From: Podospora anserina | Taxonomy: Eukaryota | DNA length: 64,000 nt | Assembly (NCBI GenBank): GCA_017654855.1 | Contig: CM030332.1 | Coordinates: forward strand, 3,100,001 to 3,164,000 | Direction of reading: 5' to 3' | In this document: piece after piece, positions 23,730 through 36,828 of the stretch | How the letters are laid out: each line of letters opens with the position of its first letter | Numbering within the stretch: position 1 is the stretch's first letter | Translations under genes and position numbers: made by a program | The notes under the pieces: generated by a model | The model's database searches: none | Seen by the model: the letters and a program-made list of their open reading frames with translations, nothing else | Told to the model about the DNA's origin: nothing

Positions 23730-25314
23730 CTAGTTAACCGTTGTTGCACAGAGGAGGCACTTGACGGGCTCAGTCCACGTCTTTTCGCCACCAACGATGC
23801 CCTCCCGCAGGTCTCTGAACTCCAGCACTGGGGGCCCGTTCTTTTCTGTGTTGAGAGTGACTTCAAAGAGCCCCTCCCATGGCCGTGAGGTCTCTCCGTT
23901 TGCCTCCCCCTTCTTTTTCGGCTTCCCACCCTTCCGACCCGACGCTGATTTGAGAACCAGCTTGGTGCTGGGGGTGCCTGTGCCGGCGGCTGCGCTCGCT
24001 GAACGACGGCCTGAGGAGGGTGCAGCATCCTCGGGAGCAGTAGGACCATCTTCCTCCTCTGTTTGCTTAACGTCCACGTTGCCACTCCCATTCTGTGCTG
24101 GCTCTGCTTCGGCCTTGACGTCGATCGAATGTTGGGCAGAAACGGCGGCGCCGGTATCGGATGGGCTTAGCGGACGCTGGCCTTCGATTTCGCTCTCGGC
24201 CTTCTTGATAGGCTCAGGGGGCAGGTGTGGCTTGTCGGCACCGAGTCGCTTGTATGTCGACTGGAGAGCGTCTTCAATGATACACTCTTCGTGCATCCAC
24301 TTCTTGCACGCCTCCACTGTGCATCCGAGTAGTTTCCTGTCGGGGTTCGCTGGGGTATTGCATAGGCAAACCAAATCAACAGACTGCAAACAAACAATGG
24401 TTAGATGACGCGCTCAAACGTGAGGGGAAATGCTGAGATCAGTACATACCGAGAGTTCGTAGCTCCTGACGTCAAAAGCTTGTCGCCAGTAAAGCGCGTG
24501 TTGAATCTCCTCGTCGTTCTCCTCAAACCACTGCCTGACCGTCGCCTGAGACGTTACACTGACCACATTGATAATATCCACTGAAGAAAAAAGTCACTGT
24601 TAGCAAATCGAAGCTAGACATGCACCGGAACAGCCATATGTGCTTACTGTGATTCGACGCGACCAACTCATTCATTCCATGGTATGGCTGCCTCCCTTGA
24701 ACAAACTTCTTCCCGTCAAGAGTGCCTGCAGGAAGCTCGTCTGGCCAGTACATCCAGTAAATACGAGCGTAAACATGGTGCTCGTCGCTCGCGCGGATCT
24801 CGAGAATTCGCGCCACCCAGTCGTCATCTGACTTCTTCCTGATTTGCATCGGCTTGTTGTCATTGGCAGCCTTTTGCCGTTCGATACTGGAATCATTGGC
24901 GACATAGATGAAGCCCTCGCTAAAGTACTTCACCCCATTGACTTTGTGCCGGAGGTGCAACGTTAGCCCACACCGCTCGTCTGAAATGTTATGCATCAGA
25001 TGTTATGAAAGGAGAGCAATGCACTTACGAACAAAACTGTTGTACCTGGTCATGTCGGTCCACTTCTTCGGAGGGCTGACCTTGAAGTACAAGTCCATCG
25101 TCTCATGTTTCTTGAACTTGCCGCAGGGCGCGAAGGGCGACATCTGGAGGTTGACCTTGGCCGTGGCATCCTCATCCTCACCCTCGGTCTTGCGCTTCTT
25201 TGACTTTCTCTTGCTATCCTTGTCATCTGGGTTGACGACGTCGATCTTGAATGGGCACTCGGCCCGGTTATCCTCGGGCTCCTGTCTTGGCCTCTTGCGA
25301 GCGGAGGAAGCCAT
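23730..25314 (-). CDS. BAH-PHD chromatin reader, EPR-1/BP1 (plant EBS/SHL-like H3K27me reader) type; 454 aa; introns 24942-25028, 24581-24647, 24384-24449
   Basis: BAH motifs WVARILEIRASDEHHVYARIYWMYWPDEL and ELVASNHMDII. PHD ligands CLCNTPANPD...CTVEACKKWMHEEC, with the last CLLC pair split off to the C-terminus. All splice sites are canonical and in frame. Confidence 0.88.
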
Positions 25315-26506
25315 GACGACCAGGTTGTGTGTGTTTTGCGGGGTCTTTAGATGAAAAGGAAGGGATCGCGTCGGGCAGATGGGATGTCGGAGCACAGGTT
25401 GGGCGCCTGTGAGCGTTTGCGCAACAATAGGTAGTTGCGATGTGCAAATAGAGTTTGGGTCGATGGCGATGCGCAGAGGTTGCAAGGTGGGTTGGATTGG
25501 GGTGGGCGACGGTGTGAAGGTGGCTGGGAAAGCGCCTACCTTCGATCGGCTTGTTGAGGGGGAGGGGGAGGTGCGGTGTGCTGTGGTGCGGTGCGGTGCG
25601 GTGCGGTGCGCGATGTTGTGGACAGGACCGATCCGGAGCGAGCGAGCAATGGGCAGTGAGAGCAATGAGAGCAATGTCAACAGCACAGGGCAGCCCGGTG
25701 GTGCCGGGTGAATGAATCACCTGGGCCGGTGATGGATGGGCTGGGGAGCAGAGGGCAGGTTCGGTCCGGAGTTGCTGGCGCGTGGGCGATGCTCGCGATT
25801 CAATGGCCGATGGTTCTCGTGGTTGTCGCAACACGGGATTGCTTCCTTGCAACTCGCAACGCAGGCAGCGGGAAGTTTGACACCGATCAAAATTTACGGG
25901 AATCGCGTCCGCCACCCTTGGTTGCCAGAAAAAACACGGGCCCTCCCCCAGCCACGTGATTACGAACCAAGTGAGGAGAAATGCTGTGGCTGGTTACCTT
26001 CCTTAGGAAAGCCTCCACGCCAAGCGCCAAGGAATGGGGAAAGCAAGCCGGAAAATGTGGCCCAGCAGCAGCAGCAAGCATTGTCGAGCTGTCCAGAGCT
26101 TCTCTCAGAACTTTCCCTCTTTCACCTGTTTGGAACCCAGAACCATCAGAGCCAATTCCAGGTGAAATCATCACCTGTGACTCAGCTTGTGCCAATTCCA
26201 CAGAGAGATTGAAATCATGTTAATTTCGCCTGAGGCAAACAGACACTTGGTCACAGGCACCTCTGACATCTTGGGGGTTACGTCTGAGAGGATATGAATT
26301 GCCGGAGTCATCCAAGAAAGCCGCGAGGGGTAATGTCACACACACTCATTGAACCGAGTAATACATTATTCCCATCCCAGTCCAATGCCTAAATCCCACC
26401 AACCTAGGAAATAAACCATGGAAATATAAACAACGCCGGCGCTATGCACCACACCCATCAAACCCATTAAACAGGCCCTCCCATTTCCCAAACATGACGA
26501 ACAACC

Positions 26507-28683
26507 TCACCGATCAGTCTCATACCCCTCCAAAATCCCCCTCTGCCCCTCCCCCTCCCCCTCACTAGTATCAGTCTCACTCAACCCAACCTTGAACCCC
26601 TCAATCACCTCCGCCAGCTTCTTCCCCTCCCTCTTCCCCCTCTCCACCTTGATAAACCAAATCAACGGCGCCGGAAACCCAACCAGCGCAGCCAGGAACC
26701 AAAACGCCGGCCTAATCTCCCCGCTCGCATCAATGATGGCACCCACAATCGCCGGACCAAACACGCTCGAGCCCTTGTCGGTGATAGCATAAAGAGCATA
26801 AAATGCCGCCTCGGATCCGGGGGGGATCAGCTCCCCGTACAACGACCGGCAGTAACTGCTCAAACCCCCGAGAACAACACCGTAGACGGCCGCGAGCGGG
26901 TACATCTCCCAGGGCTGCTGCAGTCCAAACACGCCCCAATTCTTGACAAACGGTAGGTAACCCAGTAAGCCATAGATGGGGATGAGTTCAAAGAGGGCGA
27001 TGCAAGCGAGGATGGTTTGGTGAGCCTGGAGGTTCAGTTTGCGGGAGATGAAGGACCACGAGAAGGCCCCGATTACGCCGGTGGCGGTCGAGATGACGTT
27101 GATCATGCCGAGGGCCCACGGTTCCATGTGAAGTTGGGTTTTGGCGAACAGGATGGCGGTGGAAGAGGTGGTGGCAACGGCGTCAGAGAGGAGGAACCAC
27201 CCGCCAAGGAAGAGCATGATGTCTACCAGCCGTCCAGCCAGCTTCATGGTACGCCAGAGAGACTTCCATGCGTCGATGGTGTAGGAGAAGAGGGCTCTGA
27301 CACCGGTGTGGTTGGATGATGCTGGCAATGGTGGGCCAGGTCGTGGACGAAGCCACATGGCAGCCGGGACTGTGAAGATAGCCCACCATGCACCGATGAC
27401 AAAGAGGACAATCCGTTGTGACCATGTCGTGTTCTTCATCTGAATCAGAATGAAGATGGCGACACACTGTAGGAACAACGCGGCCAGGTAACCCGTACCA
27501 ATCCCCTTGGCTGAGATTTGGGATGACAGACCGAGCTCAGTCGAGGTGAGCTCCTCCCGGGTGCGCACTTTCGAAATAGGGGTCCCAAGCGATGTCTGCC
27601 TCGGTAGCAAAGCAGCAGTCGAATCAACCATGGCCCTCTCAGCATCCGTGTCGGCGGCAGACTCATCCTCCACCTCATCAGCATCACTCTCATCCAGCGC
27701 GGCCACATGCTCAACTTCGGGGTGATGCCTAACAAGAAGTGGCAGAAACGAGTTCAGCAACACAAACGACGCCCCTAGGGAAGTATTCGAAATAATCGCC
27801 AGCAATGCGCCAAAAAGATAGAGGTCTTTGGACACGAAAATGTAAAGCATCACACTCCCGCTGCCAATCCAGCCAAACGCAAGAAGCAGCTTCTTCCGAT
27901 AGTTGCCGTGGTCTGCCGCGCAGCTTATGCTGACCACCAGCAGCGCCTGCAGTAACACGCTGATGCTGAAGGTGTACATGGCGAAGCTCGCCGTGTTGAT
28001 TTCCATGCCGAGCACGTAGACCACGCACTGTCCTCCATCTGCACTATTCTTGTCGTTGCTTGGCCCACAAGGTGTTGTCCGATCGGATAACAAAACGCCA
28101 TTTTCTCTTGCTAGGCTTTCGAGCAATATTGGGATGAATGATGCTGTGATATCGTTAGTTTATGTTCGCAACGACGCGCGCGCTGACCGGGGGATGAGAT
28201 GGGCCAGGAGGGTTCTCATTCTCCACGATGGAGAACGACGTCAGCGTAGCGGGTGGATTGGTTTCAACATACCGATTCCTACAAAACAACAACAACAACA
28301 ACAACAAAATTGTCAGTCAAACTTGCATCACCCTCAAAATCCATCAGCAACTCACCACAGATAACATAAACCTCTGCCGCAAAAGCATACGCATACCACC
28401 CAGCCAACTCCTTCTGGCTCGTCGGCCTCGTGTCCTCCCCCGGGTACCTCGGCGGCCGGTAACTGTGCGCAAACAGGCTGCTCATGCTGCTCCGCCTGCT
28501 GTTGTCAACACTCATCAGATACTCCTCCCCAGAATGATCGCTTGACCTCTCGTCGTCGGCCTCGAAGGAAGATGAATGCGATCGAAAAGACTTTTTGGAC
28601 GCGTAGGATAATCGGGAGAAGAGGCGTGGTGCTGGTGGTGGACGCAGCAGCTGATGATGATCTGGGTTGTTACGGGGAGCCAT
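26507..28683 (-). CDS. ATG22: Vacuolar amino-acid efflux permease ATG22 (MFS); introns 28279-28355 and 28144-28272 flank a 6-nt exon
   Basis: [96 protein letters not shown]. Confidence 0.93.
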
Positions 28684-30804
28684 CGCTTCCCTAAAACGGC
28701 CACAAACCCACTTAAACGGGCAGCGGCGGCGGCCTTTCGGCAGGCAACGACGCACCGACCAACGGTTGGTTTTGGTTGTGTTGGCGGGAGGGGTGCGGTC
28801 ACCTGTCACCCGATCAAAAGCTACAACCACAACCTGTTCCTGGTTGTGTCACCCAGGGGCTGCTAGGTTGTTTGAAATGATAGTTTGATCGGATTTTTGA
28901 GTGTGGGATAGGTCAAAAGAGATGGATCTTTTGTTTTGTCCGACTGTTGGGCTCTGGATAATAATCTACCGACCGTTACAACCACAGGGCAGTTGGGCGT
29001 TCGTTGGCCTGCGGCCCCTCCAAGTCAACCGTCTGCAATGGTACCCCAGCCGCAAACGGGAAGTAAAGCTTCAGGATCGATATTTCGGAAATGAATGAAC
29101 AAAGGTAAACAACAAAAAAGTAGATGAACGAGCCGCTGCTGGATCAGAGATTACATCCTTCAGAGGCATGGCTGGCTGTTCGATATCTCTGCATATCCTT
29201 GTGGTGGTTCGTGCTGCTGTCGAGAGAAGAGAAGCAACCAAGATCACCCACCGTGGGCGAGCCTCAACGACTACCAACTCTAGTTTATATATCCTGCAGT
29301 CCCTCCCCTACCATTCCACCGGGGACTTACCACCATCTCCATGGTCCCCGGGTGAATGGGGTTTGGGTTTCTGGTTTTCCACCTTGCTTGTACGTACATA
29401 TAACTACCCACACCGGCACACTACACTATGCACATCCGGGGAGCATAAGCGGATGGGCAGTGATGATCCCCCCGAGCCGCCCACATGGACCCCCTCCCTT
29501 TTCACCACCGCCCAACCGAACTGGCACGCACACGCACCTTGGGATGGATAGGTAACTTGATTTGAGCAATCTTGGTCTCCATTACCAGCGTTGCATCGGG
29601 TTGGTATAGCTCGTACGATGTATACCCTCCTACCTTCACAATCGAAAAGATTCGACCACCTACTTCTGTACGGAGTATTTAGACAGAGCTATCCCCAGGT
29701 TGAGTTGCAGATGCGAGGTGCTGATCCCATGCTGGGTGGCCACCCTTGATGGGCTGAAAATTCACAGCTTGTTGAGGTGAGACATGTTCTTCACAAGCGG
29801 CCGTCTTCTTCTATGGTCTAGAGTGGAGTTCGGGATAGTGTTGGAGTGTGAATAAGGGTCCCTTTCAAGCTTGCTAGTCGCCAAGCCCGATGGGCATAGC
29901 GGGCATGACTCCATGAGGGGTAATGACGATGTGTTCCCGGATCCGATGCGACGGTATTTGACTACACTATGCTTTTGACAAAACGGCGGTTAGGTATTCC
30001 CGGTTCTTGAAGAAGGACCGCTTCACCACATGATCACAGTTGTCAAGGGACCTTCAACCAGGAGAATAAATCCTCAAGGTGGTGACACGGCATGTGTGTG
30101 CAACTGCCGGAGGCGTAGTACCGCGGTTTGCTTTCCTGGCTCCGATCTCGACATATACTGGTTTTGTTTCCCTTAACACCATGAACCTGGAAGTTATATC
30201 GGATGGTGTATGTGTGCATTCTTGCGCGTGTTGTGTGAGTGGGACCTGCAAGATGCAGGTTCAACTCCCACATCAGGCAGCACATGGTTCCTGGGTTGGG
30301 TTACAAAGTCAAACCAGTACCCCGTAGGCGATGGCCAAAAAGCAAGGCACGAAGCGCCCCAAAGCAGCCAAGAAGGAAGATTCAATATCAGAATGGCTCA
30401 CCTGCTCACACCGGTCAAGGTGTGTGTGTGGGTTTCATTACTTACGAGGAATCTCTTTTCTTGGTGAAGCTCCTCGTGATCAGCTTGATGGTGAGGTGAT
30501 GTGCGGTTCTTGCGGTGGTTGGAATCAGGACAAACAAGCAAAGCACACAAAAAAGAGCTAGAGATATTGCCAAAAGCTTGCCATTATAGTATACCTTGCG
30601 TCCCAACTCATATCCACCTCATTATCATATCTCATCTCTTTGATATAAACACCCCCCTCCCCCCCCCCCATCCCCACCTCCTTCAAATAAAGCCGAAATT
30701 GCAAAACGTTCAACAAGTCGTGAACAAAATGTGGTATCAGTGCAGATTGACAGTAGAAAGCAAGAGAAAGAAAAATTCCAGACAAACACTCCCACACCTT
30801 CTGT

Positions 30805-31494
30805 CTATTTCTTGAACACTCCCAAAATCTTCCTCTTCAGTCTGTCTGCCAAACCGACAGGGTTCGTCTCCCCGTCCACCACCTTCTTGGCGTGCTCCTT
30901 GGAGGCATCCTTGTACTCGTTACCAGCACCGCCGCGGCCAGTGTGGTAGTCCGTGTCCTGGGATGGACGAATGGCAGCCTCGGGAACCAAGTCCTTGTCG
31001 GCACGGACGGTCTGCTTCTTGCCAGTGTCGGCGATGTTGGCGGCGCCTTTGGAAATTCTCTAGTTAGCCTTTTTGTTCTGTTCGGGTCATCTTGTGTGTG
31101 GAGAAAGAAAGCCTTATCGTCCTGCCGAGCCTTGGCGTAGGCCCCGTGGGGGAGGCAGCAGGGGTGCTGGGTCGAGGTCGATAAGGCTAGCATGACACCA
31201 CCTCGACCACCATCATCATCATCACCAGAGTGTTGTTTTGTCCCTTTGTTTGATTGTAGGGGGAGGAGACAAGTGGACAGCGATGTTGATGGCGTGGGTC
31301 ATGGGCTATATCCTAGATGATATATGGGACAAAAGAGACCGAAGCTTACCTCCACGACCAGTGCTGAAAGCTCCATCGCCATGGCTGCCCTCGGCGCCAA
31401 CACGGACGACCTCTCCATCAACGTACTTGGTGTCATCGGGGTTGATGTTGCCGGCGCCACCGCGGCCGTGGGAAACTTCAGGAGGAGCGGCCAT
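30805..31494 (-). CDS. DUF3602 / Par32-like protein with three GRGGAGN-type repeats (intron 31047-31349)
   Basis: SHGRGGAGNI, STGRGG|AANI, HTGRGGAGNE. GTAAGC donor, CTAAC branch point, AAG acceptor. Confidence 0.85.
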
Positions 31495-32891
31495 TTTTTG
31501 TTAGGTGTAGTCGTTGACTCGCGGTATGTGGAACGACGAATATGTCCGGTAACCAGGTGGTGAGCTGATGTGTTTTTGGTGACAGCAACAAAAGCTGAAA
31601 AAAAAGGGAGAAAGGGAGGGTCGCAAGGGCGAGGAGATGGGATATGCGCCTTATAATGCACCCCGGCTGCACACGCACACACACACCACTCAGGTTGCTT
31701 TCGTCTCGAGGCGAACACCAAGGTAAGGTAAGTAGGCGGGTAGGGAGACCTAACGCAATAAGGGACGCCGAGCACAGGCGCTGCAGGACACTCGAACTCG
31801 ATCAGGATTGGGCAGATTTGGAAAAAGACAGCGAAAAAATCATATCATAGGATGGCTGGTTACTGGCACCTGGGTTGTACCAACTGGCGGATAGAAATGA
31901 TACGGATCATCACCTTTGGAGAGAGGGAGAGATAACACCATTGAAAAGCCAAGATCTGGAACGAAGACAGGACGGGAGCATCCCGGCTAGTTCCTGGAAT
32001 GGCGAGCTAGGACAGAAGGGGAAGTATCGACCCCCACATGCTGATTATGTGTAAGTCGTGATCATCTTTGTTAGGACTGCGAGCGGAAATGTCTGTAGAA
32101 AATGACCAGTACTTCTTAGATATTGGTTGAAGAGCACAGGTCTCAGGAATAAGCTGTTATACAAACAGCGAGAGCCGCAATATAATGCAATGTAATTGAA
32201 CGCTTGAAGTTGGAGCAACAGTAAACGCACACCAAAAACATGTGCTCCAGCTTGGCAGAAAAGAATCGGCCCTAGCCTGATCAGGCATGCGCCACAAACA
32301 GTGGGGAGCCACAGCTTCACCCACAGGCTGACCACTCACAACTGCTCCCTCCCAACGACACACCTAACCACATTACGTACCGGGTTCAGCCAAAGGCGCA
32401 GCTTTCCACTCACCCATTTTCCGACAGAAAAGCTCAAAGATATGGAGATCCTCCTTCTGCATGGTTGTATCGCGCTGCATGTCAAAGTGCGGGAATGCGC
32501 CTTGTCGTGATTTAAGCTCGGCAAGGTGGAGACAGCATCTCTAAGCATGAAAAGATTCACTGTGGCAACATTCAGTTTGATGTCTACAACATGAGAGGTT
32601 ATGTTTCTTTATATACCTATATTGTTCCTTATCTCATTCTACCCAACCCAATTCGCTATTCAGCTCCCCAAACCTCCAGCCACGGGGTATTTCCCTTCTC
32701 CAAGAACGCCCCAGGCAATGACGTACCCAAATGGTCCAAAGATAAGATAAGAGCTTCCCATCTCAAATCTTTATGCTGATTGGTGGGCGGGGGTTTTCAC
32801 ATCCCCCTTGTTCCTCGACTTACACTTAGACGCTCGTCGCACGGACCACATCAACTTCACATGCCACCATCACCACTTCACCTCTCATCAG

Positions 32892-35125
32892 CTACTCTCC
32901 TCCCCCCTCTAAAATAATAACCTCCCTCTCCCTCTCCTCCATCTCCCTCAACATCCTCCCCCTCTCCTCCCAAACCAACCTCCCCCACTCTGCCTCCATA
33001 ACTTGCCTCCGTCTCAGCTCCCTAGCCTCTTGTCCTAGTTCCTGCTCAAGTTTTTCCCTCTCCCTCATTAATTCCCTCTCCTTTCCCCCCTTTTCCACAA
33101 TTTGCTCCAGTTCTAACATCCCCATCTCTCTGTTTTGTGTTGATCTCATTTTTTGGTTTAGGGTGACGTATCCAGTCTGGAGTTTCCTCTCCTCTGGTGA
33201 TTTCCCTGCGTCTGGGATAGAGTCAGAGGGGGATTCTCCTACTTTGAGAGAAAACTCCCTTTCGACGCCTTCGTGTTTCTTTTGAAGGGAGGCAACACCT
33301 GCAATGTGGGAGTTTTGCATGCGGGTGAGGGCGGTGGATTGCTTTAGATTCAAGCTGCGACGGCGAAGGGCATGGGACTGGACGAGCTGGGATGTTTCGC
33401 GGGAGTGAGACGTGATTAAAATGTCAGATTGGTGGTCCGTTATCGAGGTCATGATAAAGGTGAGAAGGGAGGAGTGCTCGGATATTTGGGTCAGTCTCGC
33501 GAGTGTTGATTCATCAGCTGGGGTGGTGGTGGGTTGTGAAGCTTGGCTGCTGCTGCTGGCAGGTTCGCTCTGTTGTTGCTGTTGTTTCTCATGCCGGCGC
33601 GCGGCGGCTTTTGATTTCATCACGTCTACCTGTCTCTCTGCGCAGAAGCAAGTCTTCCACCTGGCGCCGCAGACGTAGCAGAACTGGCCGCCGCAGGGGC
33701 AGGTCATGTGTCTACATCCGGACACGTGCTCTACGACGCGTTTGCAGCGGTGGCATTTTTGCCAGCCGGACTCTTGGATGAAGGCTTTGGTGTGGAGGTA
33801 GTCTGGGTCTTGGGGGCAGTATTCGGTTTTTTTGTGGGCTTTTTGGTGGCAGGTGGGACACATTTTGTGGCCTTTGGTGCACTTGAGGTAGGGGGTGGTG
33901 GTGGTGCCTGTTTGGGGGGTGATGATGGTGGTTTTGTCGTGCCATCGGCCGCAGTCGGGGATGGGGCAGTAGATTCTGTCGGTGGTTGCGTATTCGGTAG
34001 ATTTTTCGTTGTAGAGTTTTCGGGTTGATCGTGAGGTGTACTTTGTGATGGTGCGGCAGGGGATGGGGTTGAGGCAGCATTTTGGAGGGAATTGGGCTTC
34101 GGTTTGGAGGCCGGTGAGGACGAGCTGCTCGAAGCAGGGTTTGCAGTAGGTGTGGTTGCATATGGCGGCTTTTACCGAGTCGGCTCTTTTAGTGGGTTCG
34201 AGACAGGCGGTGCATTCTCTGGGTAAGAAAGTTAGTCGAGAGGAGGGAGGTTGGGTGGGAAGGGTAGGTATGGGGCGTACATCTCTTCTCTAGATTCCTT
34301 GGTGCCGTCTGAGGGACGGTTGAGGGTTTTGAATGTGAGCCTAATAAAAGCACTGGGCGATCCTGGAGTTTCCTGGTTGTTATTCTTTTCGCCGGTCTGA
34401 GATATATACCGCTCCAAGTGGCGATGAGAGAACACCCTGCGACGCCAGGACCGGGATGGCTTGAGTGTTGGTCGTTCTGGCTCGGTTTGGGCCTCGCTTG
34501 GTAGTGATTGATCCTCCACGCGAGAAGCAGGCGAAACGACCACCGCCGTTGTCAAACTCTCCGCGGGTAGTTCATTTTCTTCTGTCATTTGTTGATTTTC
34601 TGTTGCCTGTTCCTCTTCCTCCTGTCTCGCCGTGTCTGGGGCCACACGCTGGGCCAATGCCACAGCCGCCTCTTTCTCTGAACGGGCTCGTTCAAAGACT
34701 GCGTCTATCGATAATCGTACAACCGTGCGGATTGTATCTGGTATATCTTTGAGCGCGGGTGGGTACGAGGAAAGGGTTTCTGGCACGGGGTAATCGACGA
34801 GGAAGTGTTCGCCGTCATTCAATTCTTCGTTTTCAAGCTGCGGTGGTGGTAACCACGTTGTGGGTGAGTTCTGAGGAAGGCTGACAGCAAGATTTGCCTG
34901 TTTTCCTTTTTCTTTGCCTTGAGCGTTCGGGGTCTCGTCTGGTGGATCTATGCGCAGCGGATCGTCGTCTACTGGCGTGGTCTCGACATAAATAGGCCGA
35001 TTCGGTCCCCTTGTCATATCTCCAACTGCAGCGAGAGCCATAGCTTGCAAAGCTGCCCACAGAATGACCTGCAGAAGTGGCAGGGTGTCTTTGTCGAAAA
35101 CACCGGCCTGTAGAAGTTCTGGCAT
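32892..35125 (-). CDS. RBR (RING-IBR-RING) E3 ubiquitin ligase with C-terminal coiled coil (intron 34219-34280)
   Basis: After splicing: CTAC...CNHTYCKPC...FPPKCC, DRIYCPIPDCG...CTKGHKMCPTC...H...C, GWQKCHRCKRVVEHVSGCRHMTCPCGGQFCYVCGARWKTC. The start codon is less certain. Confidence 0.88.
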
Positions 35126-36214
35126 TGGGTCGTTCTCGGGGATTCGCAGATCGAGGCGATAGCTGGGCCTGGCAAGAGGACCAGAAGATAGAAAGGAAGT
35201 AAGAGGATATTTTCAAACAGAGATTAGGAGTTTGACTTTGATATTTCTTTGCTGCTCGTTTTTTGAGCCACCGCGAAGTGGCTTCGAGTTTTGAGGTAAG
35301 CCACAAAGTTAAGTCTCGGGTTTTGAGAACTTTATATGCTTTGTAAAGTGAGCAACGATTAGGAATTCACGACATCTTTAGAAGCGTGGTACTCCAGTGT
35401 CAGGTTATCTCGATATATAGAGAAACTAGCTGTAACCGGAGCATGCATCCCTCGAAGCGGGTTTCCAGGCGACCTTTCGAGGCGAGCCTCGTTTTGTGTG
35501 GAAGGTGACCATCCATTGGTCCAGTTTGAGCTAATATGGTCACACTCTTTGCAGTAGGCATACCGGGAGGCTGTGTGTTTACTTGTTTGGACTTGGTCTC
35601 GTTGATCGGGGCGAAGCTACATTGAAACAATGAGCTGGAATTTGTTTATACAGAGCAAGGCAGATTCTAGCTCGAGGCTCGCTCTATTTACTACAAGAAG
35701 CTAACCAGTTCAACGTGGCAGGTCTTGGCGATTGAGAGGTCTCTGAATGGAAATGCGGTAAGTTTGAGCTTTGAGCTCAGCCCTGGCGACCGAAGTCCCG
35801 ATTATAGCTCGGTCTGCCTAGGCCGTGTGGGGCCGTCGATCCACTGCCGCTCCGGACGGAAGCGCTCAATGGAGCGCCGAAGCGGCCGCTGGATTGCCGA
35901 GGTTCCACTATAACAGAGGGTCTGTGCGAAAGCAAGACCTCTCTCCGTAGGAGAGAAGGCTACTTTTTCACCAGACAATATATTTCGACCGGACAGTACA
36001 CCTACCAAAATACACCAAAACTAAGTCTATTTTTTTTCATGAAATTTATATATTAACTAATAACTAGATATATCTACAATAGCTATAAATTAACTAATAA
36101 ATATTAAAACCGTAATAATTTATTTTAAATCTTAAAAATATAATAAAATTATACTATAAAATATATAGCTAATTTGTTATAAATTTTTATTTTAATTGCT
36201 ATTAATTTACTATA

Positions 36215-36656
36215 TGTGACGAACCCCTGTACAGAACCTCTGAAAGGGATACAGGTTAAAGGTAACTTCTGACAATTAGTTTGGTGCAGCTAGACAGTGC
36301 ACAACAAGATGTCTCAATATAAACACAAGATACCGTGAATACAACTGTAGATTGCATACTGCGGAACTATCTATCTACACCAGCCAGTTCCTCCGTATAT
36401 ATAGATCCTGGAGCCCTGAAGTGCTCGCCCTGCTACGGCCCCGATTACCCATAGCACATTGCATCCTGCAAAGTGCTCGTCGTGCTATGCCTCTGATCAC
36501 TCGTACCATCTTGCATCCTGCAGAGTGCTCGTGTGTCTTAGCGCCATAGCACTTTCGTCCAGCCCTGATTGGCTATCTCCTGACTTCTCTAATGATTGGC
36601 TAGGGACGTTCTGCGCCCTACATATAGCGCGGCCTGCTGTTGGGTTAACTGTGACA
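36215..36656. mobile_element. Solo LTR (442 bp) with 5-bp TSD CTATA, nested in the DNA transposon
   Basis: TGTGAC...GTGACA termini; CTATA at 36210-36214 and 36657-36661; abrupt GC increase relative to flanks. Confidence 0.88.
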
Positions 36657-36828
36657 CTATATTAATTCTAATTAGAAATATTTATTTTAGGTAATATATA
36701 GATATTTAGCAGATATTATAATCTTTTAATAAAAAAGTCCAGCTAGAAAGCTCTTAAAAAGGCTCTCTAGAAAGTTCTGTAAAAAAATTCTAGAGAGAGG
36801 TTGACTAGTAGGCTTTTAAAAGTAGGTT

